Notes under the pieces: model-generated
Seen by the model: only the letters and a program-made list of their open reading frames with translations
What the model was told of the DNA's origin: nothing
Databases searched by the model: none
Assembly (NCBI GenBank): GCA_051546255.1
Contig: CP128822.1
Span: 310,001-374,000, forward strand
Source: Meyerozyma guilliermondii
Taxonomy: Eukaryota
DNA: 64,000 bases
Direction: 5' to 3'
In this document: positions 43,328 through 52,669 of the stretch, piece by piece
Layout of the letters: each line of letters opens with the position of its first letter
Position numbering within the stretch: position 1 is the stretch's first letter
Program-made: the position numbers and the translations under genes

Positions 43328-44024
43328 TTAATGTAAAAAGAGATAGCTGATGTAAATGATGGGAAGAATATAGTGACGGGGATATCTGAACGAACTGTCA
43401 CTTGTAAAAACTGCGAATTAGTAAAATTTTGAAAAAATGAAAAATTAAAAAATAAAACTTACCAGTATGACTGGACAGATTCGACACGTTAAGTAATAGT
43501 GGGATTTCTTCCACATCCGCGTGGCCGATATCCGTGAAGTTGCCAATATCATTGATAGTCGCGTTACTCGTGGACTCGGTCACATCTTTCTCATTTGCAG
43601 CCATTAATTCTCGAGTATACTTCGAATAATATAAGTCATCACTGGGTTCCTCTGTATTCAAGTAGCTGGATTCACTTCTCATGAAAGGCAAATCACAGGC
43701 ATTGACCTCACCCAATTCGGCACAATCGTCAATGATGACTGAAAGAAGGTTGCTAGCAGGACTGCCGGGGCAAAGTTCGAAGCAGGTTGGTTTTAAGCTC
43801 TGCAACGCACAACATTCACATGCCCTGTCGTTTGCTTTGCATTGTTGGAGACGACCTAACATTTCATTCGAGCATGAGTTTAATTTGATAAGATCCTTCG
43901 ACTCGCAAACATCTTGAGGCAAGGGATTTGGGTTTCTATACGACCCATACTCACTGTTGGCCGACACGAGACTTAGTAATATCACAAACACTAATGGGTA
44001 TCTGTTTCTAGCTAGTGCGATCAT
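43328..44024 (-). CDS. Cys-rich secreted, probably GPI-anchored protein; predicted join(44024..43463,43410..43328)
   Basis: Signal peptide; Cys-rich domain; 52-nt intron GTAAGT...TACTAAT..CAG; spliced C-terminus VFTSDSSFRYPRHYILPIIYISYLFLH. Confidence 0.7.
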
Positions 44025-44885
44025 TGTAAACTTGCTTCACAATACTCTCACTGTCATAACTTGTGCACAAACGCTTCTGTGTAAACTAGCGACGCTCAAT
44101 TGATTTTTTTTACTGGGCGATTTTGCTGGACTACAGTTACTGAATAGGGGGAACAAATATGGTCTAAGAGATGACAACATGAAATGATACTATATCTTCC
44201 AACATATTATCATTCAATCCTGGAAAGAGCACGGTTAAACCGAGAGTATCAACAATTTGATTACGTGAGGCACTTGTCAAGCCACGCTGCTGAAATTAGA
44301 CGAAAAGTCGAGGCCTACTGGATCTGTAGGTTCTTGCCATATACACACCACGAGAATTGTTCGAGATTCATTGGCAAATTTATAGTATAGTTGATGTCGA
44401 TGGCTGTGTCGCTTATGTAATACATTTAGAGTTTCTTCTATTATAGGAGAATAAGGGTTCGACAAACATAAGCGCACACGGAATTCAGCCAGCATCTAAA
44501 TATACCCATTACGGGCTATTTGGGAAGATCGCCAAGCCCCTGTCAAAAATAGCGTCAAACTCACGTCAACGACTGCGCCTCCACTTGTACCTGCATTGCA
44601 CTTTAGATTGCATATAGATAGGATATTTCGCGTCGCGAGCCGTTGCAAGCTCTGGGCTCTTTGTGCAGTGTTCATAACATTACAGTGAAATTGGTTGCAC
44701 TCTTACTTTGGGCTCAAAATTCTTATGCTGTGATTATTGTTGTTTCCAGTTTTTGGCGTGTCGATCGCCTGCTGGTGGGCCTCGTGCATAATTTGCCCTT
44801 ATACCTTCCACGCGAATATAAATATCCACTTTGCCATCAACTTTTACTACTTGCAAGAATACCTTCTTTATAACTGAATAACAGT

Positions 44886-46514
44886 ATGTGGTTCAATCAC
44901 ATTTTTGCGCTCGTTCTATGCTTATACGTCACCAAATCTCTTGCAGCCGATCTTCCGCTGATTGAAGTTGTCGGCAACAAATTTTTTTACTCAAATAATG
45001 GTTCTCAATTTTTGATCAGAGGTGTTGCATACCAACAGAATAATGAAGATAACCAAAGCAAAAGTTACAGCGACCCTCTCGCTGATGCAGACGCTTGTGA
45101 AAGGGACGTTAAGTACTTGAGAGATGCCAATACAAATGTCATCAGAGTCTATGCTGTTGATCCTAAAAAAGATCACGACAAGTGTATGCTGACTTTTGCC
45201 GACGCTGGTATTTACGTTATCGCTGATTTGTCAGAACCAAAGACGTCAATCAACAGAGACTCGCCAGAGTGGAGCTTGGATCTTTACGATAGATATACCA
45301 GTGTCATTGATATGTTCTCAAAGTACGATAACGTCTTGGGGTTCTTTGCCGGTAACGAAGTCACCAATAATAAATCTAACACCGATGCTGCGGCGTTTGT
45401 GAAGGCTGCCATTAGAGACTCAAAAAAGTACATCAAAGGCAAGAAACTAAACCTTCCCGTGGGTTATTCCACAGACGACAGTGACGACACCAGAGATGCA
45501 GTAGTCGATTACTTCGCATGCGGCTCTGATGAAGACAGAGCTGATTTTATTGGTGTAAACATGTACGAATGGTGTGGAAACTCGGACTTCAAGACTTCTG
45601 GATACGAAGCTCGTACAAAGTTGTACCTGAATTTGACTATACCAATCTTTATGTCTGAGTACGGGTGTAACACTGACAGACCAAGAAAGTTCACTGAGGT
45701 GGGGACGATTTTCTCTGATAAAATGACTGATGTTTGGAGTGGCGGTATTGTCTACATGTACTTTGAAGAAGCTAACAAATATGGATTAGTTTCCGTCAAG
45801 GGTGATACTGTGCTGACTTTGGATGACTACAAATATTACTCGCTGGAAATGAACAAGATCTCCCCTTCATACGCCAAGTCTTCAGAAGAAAAGCTGGTAG
45901 CTTCGAAGACCGGCTCATGTCCAGCCTCTGCTAGCACTTGGAAGGCTTCTACCAAGTTGCCTCCAACCCCCGATAAGGATACTTGTGACTGCATGTCTAA
46001 ATCCCTTGCTTGTACTGTGGCAGATGATGTTGACGAGAAGGACTATGGTGATTTGTTTGGTGTTGTATGTGACAAAATCGATTGTGATTCCATCAATGCA
46101 GATGGTGCAAAAGGTAAATACGGAGGTTTTTCATTCTGTTCTAGCAAAGACAAGTTGTCTTACGTTATGAATGCTTACTACGAAGATCAAGGGAAGGATA
46201 AGTCAGCATGTGACTTCAAAGGGTCTGCGTCGTTGAATGAGAATGCATCAACTGACAAAACGTGTTCATCGAAGCTCTCGCAAGCTTCAAAAGGTGGCTC
46301 AAGTTCTAGTGGATCTGGTTCTAGTTCGTCTGGCTCAAGTGGCGATTCAAATTCAAGCTCAGGGTCTTCAACGAATTCGGGTTCTAGTGCGTCCTCAAGT
46401 AAAAAGCTGTCGGGGAACGTCAATATCAAATTTGTCTCGCACAACGAGTTGTTTGCTGTTGCTGGAGTAGTAACATGTATTTTAGGTGGATTGTCGTTTG
46501 TTGTTCTCGAATAA
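44886..46514 (+). CDS. PHR1: GH72 beta-1,3-glucanosyltransferase with X8/CBM43 domain, Ser-rich stalk and GPI signal (PHR1/GAS1-like)
   Basis: GNKFFYSNNGSQF, FFAGNEV, NMYEWCG, SEYGCN, WSGGIVYMYFEE; the PHR1 call (vs PHR2) rests on recalled Candida synteny. Confidence 0.85.
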   Translation: MWFNHIFALVLCLYVTKSLAADLPLIEVVGNKFFYSNNGSQFLIRGVAYQQNNEDNQSKSYSDPLADADACERDVKYLRDANTNVIRVYAVDPKKDHDKCMLTFADAGIYVIADLSEPKTSINRDSPEWSLDLYDRYTSVIDMFSKYDNVLGFFAGNEVTNNKSNTDAAAFVKAAIRDSKKYIKGKKLNLPVGYSTDDSDDTRDAVVDYFACGSDEDRADFIGVNMYEWCGNSDFKTSGYEARTKLYLNLTIPIFMSEYGCNTDRPRKFTEVGTIFSDKMTDVWSGGIVYMYFEEANKYGLVSVKGDTVLTLDDYKYYSLEMNKISPSYAKSSEEKLVASKTGSCPASASTWKASTKLPPTPDKDTCDCMSKSLACTVADDVDEKDYGDLFGVVCDKIDCDSINADGAKGKYGGFSFCSSKDKLSYVMNAYYEDQGKDKSACDFKGSASLNENASTDKTCSSKLSQASKGGSSSSGSGSSSSGSSGDSNSSSGSSTNSGSSASSSKKLSGNVNIKFVSHNELFAVAGVVTCILGGLSFVVLE

Positions 46515-46542
46515 GCAGTACGTTATATTAAATAAACATGAA

Positions 46543-47403
46543 TCATTTTGATATCATGAAGATTTCGTTCAATGCCTTGGCGTCCATCACAGATGCCCGT
46601 TTCTGCTTAATGTATTTAGCTCTGGCAGATAATCTTCCTACGTTTGAAATCTGGTCGTGCTTTCTTGGTTCAACTGGCAGGGCTCTATTGCCATAATCTC
46701 TCTCCTTCTTTTCTTTCTTTTCTTTCTTTTCCTTCTTTTCCTTCTTTTCTTTCTTTTCCTTTTTCTCCTTCTTTTCCTTTTTCTCCTTCTTTTCCGTCTT
46801 TATTTTTTTCTCCTTCCTTTCTTGTTTACTTTGGTCCCTCGTTGATTTCTTTGACTCATCACCCCTCATTCTCTTAGCATGCAGTGTCAGATCCCTGGAT
46901 GGTTCAGAACCACTTTGTCTTCTCTTTTTACTAGACTTGAAGTTTACTTCAGATTCGTCCTCCAAAGCTGTCTTCAACATATGGCTTTTCGACTTCCGAT
47001 CCCACGTACTGCAAAGCACTTCGCCCTTGATGAAATGCATTCCCCATTTACCATTTATTATATTATCCTTTCTTTTCTGCTCAAGGGCTTCATCTACTTC
47101 ACGGCCTCTACCATTGAGTCTACCCAATATTCGCTGAAAGTCATCAAGGCCGGAACTATCTGTCTCGAGGTCATCAGTTCCACTTCTTTTAGCAAGTTTA
47201 GCCCCTAAACCAACTGTATCATCCTTTACTGAAACCTTTACGTGTGTGGTAGTGGCATGCTCGACAAGCCCTAAACCCTTTCCAGGAGCCCACCCCATAC
47301 TCTCTAAGTATCGGTGACCAAATCTGCTTTTATCGTTAGACCATGACGTATTACGTGGATCAAGTCCAAATCTTTGTTTAACTTTAGTACCAGCGAGGCC
47401 CAT
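46543..47403 (-). CDS. PXR1: G-patch protein Pxr1/Gno1
   Basis: MGLAG...DPRNTSWSND, MGWAPGKGLG G-patch, KKE repeats. Confidence 0.95.
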   Translation of the reverse strand: MGLAGTKVKQRFGLDPRNTSWSNDKSRFGHRYLESMGWAPGKGLGLVEHATTTHVKVSVKDDTVGLGAKLAKRSGTDDLETDSSGLDDFQRILGRLNGRGREVDEALEQKRKDNIINGKWGMHFIKGEVLCSTWDRKSKSHMLKTALEDESEVNFKSSKKRRQSGSEPSRDLTLHAKRMRGDESKKSTRDQSKQERKEKKIKTEKKEKKEKKEKKEKKEKKEKKEKKEKKEKKERDYGNRALPVEPRKHDQISNVGRLSARAKYIKQKRASVMDAKALNEIFMISK

Positions 47404-47460
47404 TTACAATGAGCGATGAGCATCGCGGCTTGAAAATATATGATACCTGTATATAGTTAT

Positions 47461-50400
47461 TCAATATCCGAAGACCATTATCCACCTCTTCGAAACGTAA
47501 AATGATCCGTGGTCCAGTCGCCTAAGGCAATCATTTGCAATGAGCCAGTTCACCACACTCCTGACATCTTCAATTTCAAGCGCGTGCTTGAGTTTTCTGA
47601 ATAGTGCCGTCTCGTCAATTCCCGGACGAAATACAAGAAGCGATAATAGGCTTGCAATCAAGCTTTTCCACATATTCACGTTAATGCCTCCATCAATACC
47701 GAGCCAAAGATGGGAACCTGCCTTACCTGTCGGGACTTTAGTGCTGGGCTTTACCTTGAGCAGATTTGAATCATGAACTTTGACAATTAAGTCACAGGAA
47801 AGCTTGTTCTTATCAATCAATCGTGACTCGTATCCGTTCAACTTATATGGCCGATCAACTCTCCATAGGCTCAACTTATTGCGCGATAGTAAAGTCAAAA
47901 GAACAGCCATATTACTTCCGTTAATTGCTTGTGAAAGTATCAAACCTTTGGACGAGTCGCTCAACTCGCACAAACTATTAGCAAACTCTCCAGCATCATC
48001 CAAAAAGGAAACCCCAAAAGACTTGGGATGTAAAGCCATTTGAAACTTTTCTGAGAACAGAAACTTGAAATTGGCGTTCTCTTGGAAAATAATCTCCTTT
48101 TCTTTCAACATCTCAGCAGTCGCATTCTCGACGTCTGAATTATTAAACTTTTCGAGTAGCTTTGCGACCATTTTAGGGTCAAACTTATCGCCATCAGTTG
48201 AGATTATTGCCCGGATCACTGTCTTTAGTGTGTTATTTTCAATATTCTGCGAGCTTGTCATCTTTTGATAGAATGGTCTCTTTGCTAGGGTTGCCTCTTT
48301 CTGCCGCATGGAGCAGTCTTCAATTTGCTCAAAAGTGTCAGATTGCAGTCCTGATGTGTCGACAAACTTATAAGAGCTAAGGTTTTCCGTAAGCAGGTAG
48401 TACAAAGGCTCCTTTTCCGCTACTGCGGTTGTTGTAACGTCATAGTCATTCCATAGATCAAGAAAAAACTTTAAGTTGATTGAACTTAACTCCTCGCTTC
48501 CTATAAGTCCATTCTCGATACCACTCATAACAATACCTTCAAAGGTTTTGATACCTCTCGCTACCGTGGACTGTCCACCGATAGCTTTTCTATGTGTGGA
48601 CCAACGCTGACGGATACTTTTTTCCTCCGGATTTCCCCAAAGTGAAGCTATCTTGCTGAAATCGATTGATCGATGAAACGTTTTCGATATGACGACAGCC
48701 CTAAAAAGTGTATTTTCATCATCACTGTCAAACTTGATGGGACCAGCTTTGCGAGCAGAGTGCCTTTGTGTCTCAATTGATTTTCCAGAGTTAATCAGTG
48801 TAGCCTTTTTCTTTTCCTTTTTCCCCTTAGATACACCATTGCGCAGTTCGTCAACATGAGTGGTGTCTTCAGCTTCAAGTTTTACTGACCTCGCGTCATT
48901 TGATAGCGAAGAAAGACGGCTCCCTTCCTTTTTGTTCTTCATGATTACCTCACCATCAATAATTCGTCTGTTCATCTGTGACGAGGTTCGGTTTCCGACA
49001 TCTTCGATGCACTTTTGCTTCATTTTCTCTATCTGATCTTCGGATGGTTGAAATTCTGGCTGTTTTAATATAAGCAATTTTCTTGAAATGTTCTGGCCAG
49101 ACCTGGAGAACTCAACGTTCTCGACGTAAATGCTACCGTCGGCAATTAATGTAGAGACGTCTCTAGCTAGAGTCTTCTTATCTGTTACTGTAGTGTTGCC
49201 CAATCTTGAGTCGAGTTGACGGCACAAATTTGCTGTCGTGTAAGCAACTCCTCCAAGATCTTTTATAATGTTGAGAAGTTCCGTCCTTCTTCTGGAAGCT
49301 TTCAAGGAGCTTCCTCCAGTGATGTGAACGGACTCTTTAGTTTTCGGTGAACTTCGCTCATGAATTGTAATTTCCAGAGCACCTTGTTTTACGATAGTTG
49401 GTTGTCGGTTGACTTTCGTTCGCTTAGTACTAGTTCTCGCTTCTGAGATCTTCCGCTTTTTGATTGACAGTAATGGCCCCGGAGGTACACGGCCAATGGC
49501 CCTAAAATTGGATTTGTTAATCTGTTTGAGGTTCCTTGTATGGGGCGTCACATAGGCTGGCTCACCAATGCTTTTCAGTGTTACAGAATCAACAAAGTAC
49601 CTGTAGAACTTGAACTTCCCTGCAAAGTCGTATGCTCGAGATATGGACATACTTTGGAAGGGATCTGGTGTTGGCTTAAGCAACTTCTTGTCATTGTTTG
49701 CGATAACAAAGGTAGAAAACACATCCAAAATCTTTACTATCGGTCGGAAATCAGATGTCCCCGTTAATCTTCGTACTAGGTTCATAGAGGTAGAGCCATC
49801 CTCACCAGATGTATTGATAATCAGTATGAGCTGATTTGCCAAAGGAAAATATTGGTTGAGTGACGGTAACGCGTCAAGGTCATCTTCGACATCTTCTTGA
49901 GTTTCTTCCTTCATACTTCGAGATAAGTCGACGAAGTCTGATATCTCGTCAGTATCTTTCGGAAGGTCCTTGATGTAGCGAATGCAATATATTGGTGTGG
50001 TCTTGTCTGGATTCTTCACCAAAACCCTCTCCGCATAACCCCTCTTGTGCAATGCTTCCACGATGCTTCTGAAAAACTTCCCTGAAGACCTGTCCTTGTG
50101 AAGATTCAATTCAATTTTCAAGTCTTTAAAGCCACGAAGATGGTTAGGTGCACTCTTTAGGGACAGAATTATAAATTGCTTTAGTTTGTAGACATTTCTT
50201 GATGACTCGAAGTCATCATCAAAATCTGTAGCAGCGGATTCTACTTCGGTGTCCGCAAAGTTCATGTGAATGCACACACTAGTGTGCTGACTAGCAGCTT
50301 CATTGTACACACCTCTTTTAACAATGTAGCCAGACTCTTCTAGTTTTCGAAGTCTGGGGGTCATCGATCGTGGGTCCTGCCCTGTGACCTTTGACAATTC

Positions 50401-50832
50401 GGAAGCAAATATTCCCTTCTTGCCATGACTAGCAATCTCGCAGAGAAGTTGAAAAGGAAATTCTCCTAGTTGTAATTTTAGCCTTTTTGAGTACCGCTGG
50501 TGAGTTAAATGCTGCCATTGAGCTTCTTCAGTTGGTAGCACAATGTATGCAGACTCCGAATTACCATTAGAGATGAGATTTTCATAGGAGTCAATATCAG
50601 ACACCATTTCACGGTCCTTCATAATGAAAAAATCAACAGCCCCAGATTTTTGGCCCGAATGAACCATCCACCTCCATATAATACTTTTCTGGAAAGCGTC
50701 GATTTCTGAGCAGCCGAGCTTCTCAGAAAGAGCTATCCAAAGCTGCGGGAGCAGAACACCCTGTCTACCTGAGAAAGCAAGAGTTTCAGATACAAATGCT
50801 ACCAATTCACTAGGAGGACATGTAAACAGCAT
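47461..50832 (-). CDS. TFC3: TFIIIC B-box binding subunit
   Basis: FQLLCEIA..GKKGI...LSKVTGQDPRS B-block domain, DKKTLAR; likely ATG at 50832. Confidence 0.85.
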   Translation of the reverse strand: MLFTCPPSELVAFVSETLAFSGRQGVLLPQLWIALSEKLGCSEIDAFQKSIIWRWMVHSGQKSGAVDFFIMKDREMVSDIDSYENLISNGNSESAYIVLPTEEAQWQHLTHQRYSKRLKLQLGEFPFQLLCEIASHGKKGIFASELSKVTGQDPRSMTPRLRKLEESGYIVKRGVYNEAASQHTSVCIHMNFADTEVESAATDFDDDFESSRNVYKLKQFIILSLKSAPNHLRGFKDLKIELNLHKDRSSGKFFRSIVEALHKRGYAERVLVKNPDKTTPIYCIRYIKDLPKDTDEISDFVDLSRSMKEETQEDVEDDLDALPSLNQYFPLANQLILIINTSGEDGSTSMNLVRRLTGTSDFRPIVKILDVFSTFVIANNDKKLLKPTPDPFQSMSISRAYDFAGKFKFYRYFVDSVTLKSIGEPAYVTPHTRNLKQINKSNFRAIGRVPPGPLLSIKKRKISEARTSTKRTKVNRQPTIVKQGALEITIHERSSPKTKESVHITGGSSLKASRRRTELLNIIKDLGGVAYTTANLCRQLDSRLGNTTVTDKKTLARDVSTLIADGSIYVENVEFSRSGQNISRKLLILKQPEFQPSEDQIEKMKQKCIEDVGNRTSSQMNRRIIDGEVIMKNKKEGSRLSSLSNDARSVKLEAEDTTHVDELRNGVSKGKKEKKKATLINSGKSIETQRHSARKAGPIKFDSDDENTLFRAVVISKTFHRSIDFSKIASLWGNPEEKSIRQRWSTHRKAIGGQSTVARGIKTFEGIVMSGIENGLIGSEELSSINLKFFLDLWNDYDVTTTAVAEKEPLYYLLTENLSSYKFVDTSGLQSDTFEQIEDCSMRQKEATLAKRPFYQKMTSSQNIENNTLKTVIRAIISTDGDKFDPKMVAKLLEKFNNSDVENATAEMLKEKEIIFQENANFKFLFSEKFQMALHPKSFGVSFLDDAGEFANSLCELSDSSKGLILSQAINGSNMAVLLTLLSRNKLSLWRVDRPYKLNGYESRLIDKNKLSCDLIVKVHDSNLLKVKPSTKVPTGKAGSHLWLGIDGGINVNMWKSLIASLLSLLVFRPGIDETALFRKLKHALEIEDVRSVVNWLIANDCLRRLDHGSFYVSKRWIMVFGY

Positions 50833-50933
50833 ACTAAACAACAAGATAAACACCAGAAACTTAATAGGAGCGACATTTTTGCGACATAGTCTGGGAATAA
50901 TCTCGATGAGAACATAGTACGTCATATTCGAGA

Positions 50934-51662
50934 ATGGGTTCTGACGATGAACCGTTGACCTTGTCTGCTCTGACATTAGCAGCCTTACAGGAGTTCAAAA
51001 AGGAAGAGGAAGAGAACGTGAAAAAATTCATTGAGTTGAAGAAGAGGGCAGAAGATGAGGATCAGGAGCGGAAGATGACCATTCACGACTTTAAGGAGGA
51101 CTGGCAGCTTTCTCAGTTTTGGTACAATGATTCAACAGCAGAGATCTTGGGGAAAGCTATCTTACAAGATGCGGATGAAAATACAGTCATTGCGATTGCA
51201 TCTGCTCCTTCAGTGTACGCTGCTATTCAAAAACTTCCCAAGAGTGAAGTACCTACAGAGCACATTTACTGTCTTGAGTTCGACCGTCGGTTTGAAGTTC
51301 TTGCTGGGAAAAACTTTGTTTATTACGATTACAATGAGCCCCATAATCTACCAGCTCAAGTTTTGCACAAATGTCATCGAATCTTAATTGATCCCCCTTT
51401 TCTCGAAGAGGAATGTCAAAACAAATCGGCAATTGCAGCGAGAAACATGCTCGTAGAAGATCTTTCACAAAAGACAATATCGGGGGCTCTTCAGTACCGA
51501 TTAATAACCTCGACTGGTGAACGCATGGGTCCTGTAGTCAAAACGAATTATCCGGATACAGAGATCACAGATTTTTTTCCGGAACACAAGAATGGCTTAA
51601 GCAATGAATTCAGGTGCTATGCTACATTTGAAAGTGACTATTGGAAGTTTATAAAATCATAA
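50934..51662 (+). CDS. EFM5: EF1A lysine methyltransferase
   Basis: FKEDWQLSQFWY, SAPSVY, LEFDRRF, IDPPFL, HKNGLSNEF. Confidence 0.92.
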   Translation: MGSDDEPLTLSALTLAALQEFKKEEEENVKKFIELKKRAEDEDQERKMTIHDFKEDWQLSQFWYNDSTAEILGKAILQDADENTVIAIASAPSVYAAIQKLPKSEVPTEHIYCLEFDRRFEVLAGKNFVYYDYNEPHNLPAQVLHKCHRILIDPPFLEEECQNKSAIAARNMLVEDLSQKTISGALQYRLITSTGERMGPVVKTNYPDTEITDFFPEHKNGLSNEFRCYATFESDYWKFIKS

Positions 51663-51818
51663 CACTTAATACCCATTTAGAACATACAACTTACCCGCAC
51701 GAGTGTTTCCCCCGTATATTTCAGCCCGCATATATTTGAGTATGTTGCGTGAAGGCTCTCTCGCCTAGAAAAATTTTCTATTTAAATTATAATAGACTAA
51801 TCAAATTACAATTTAGAT

Positions 51819-52669
51819 ATGTCCTTCTCTGATTTCAGCAAAGTCGAAACTGTTAAGTCGTTGAACGAGTTCTTGGCTGACAAGTCCTACATTGATGGGT
51901 AAGTATCATGCGTTTAATACCACGTGGCCCAAGCCAACGACCGTTAACACGATGAGTTGATATGGTGATGATCGCAATCTTTGGTCCGTGTTTATGAGGT
52001 GGACTCAAGACCCACCGCGTGAGTGACAAAGAGGATTTAAAATCGTTTCTGAATATTCTGGATGAGGCTTTCGTGACCGTATAACAAAATGTTATGTACT
52101 AACTTAGCACTTCTGCCACTCAGGCTGATGTCACTGTCTACAAGGCATTTCAAAAGACTTATCCTCAATTCACTAGATGGTTGAACCACATCGCCTCGTT
52201 CACCGAAGAGTTCGAGGACTTGCCTGCTGGAAAGGCTCCTGCTGCCAGTGCTGCCGCCTCCAGTGCCACTGATGCTGCCGATGATGACGACCTTGACTTG
52301 TTCGGCTCCGATGACGATGAAGTCGACGAAGAGGCCGAGAAGTTGAAGCAAAAGAGATTGGAAGAATACGCTGCTAAGAAGGCTGCTAAAGGTCCAAAGC
52401 CTACTGCTAAGTCCATTGTTACTTTGGATGTTAAGCCATGGGATGATGAAACTGACTTGGAGGAGATGTTGGCCAATGTTAAGAAGTACGAGACTGAAGG
52501 ATTAACCTGGGGTGCTCACCAATGGATTCCAGTTGGTTTCGGAATCAAGAAGTTGCAAATCAACTTGGTTGTGGAAGACAGTGTCTCATTGGAAGACTTG
52601 CAAGCGTACATTGAAGAGGATGAGGACCACGTTCAATCTACTGACATTGCTGCTATGCAAAAGTTGTAA
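51819..52669 (+). CDS. EFB1: Translation elongation factor 1-beta; join(51819..51898,52108..52669)
   Basis: Exon 1 MSFSDFSK...SYIDG; intron GTAAGT 51899, TACTAAC 52097-52103, TAG 52105-52107; DLFGSDD, KSIVTLDVKPWDDETD. Confidence 0.96.
51960..52057 (+). ncRNA. snR18: Intronic box C/D snoRNA U18/snR18
   Basis: C box GTGATGA 51965-51971, guide TTGGTCCGTGTTT 51981-51993, D' ATGA, D box CTGA 52049-52052; the EFB1 intron hosts snR18 in S. cerevisiae. Confidence 0.88.

Noticed and set aside
44184..44390. 68-aa ORF between the GPI-protein gene and PHR1
   Set aside because: Short, no recognisable motif, lies in a divergent promoter region
46700..46800. Purine-rich 9-bp-period repeat
   Set aside because: Encodes the ordinary KKE tract of Pxr1
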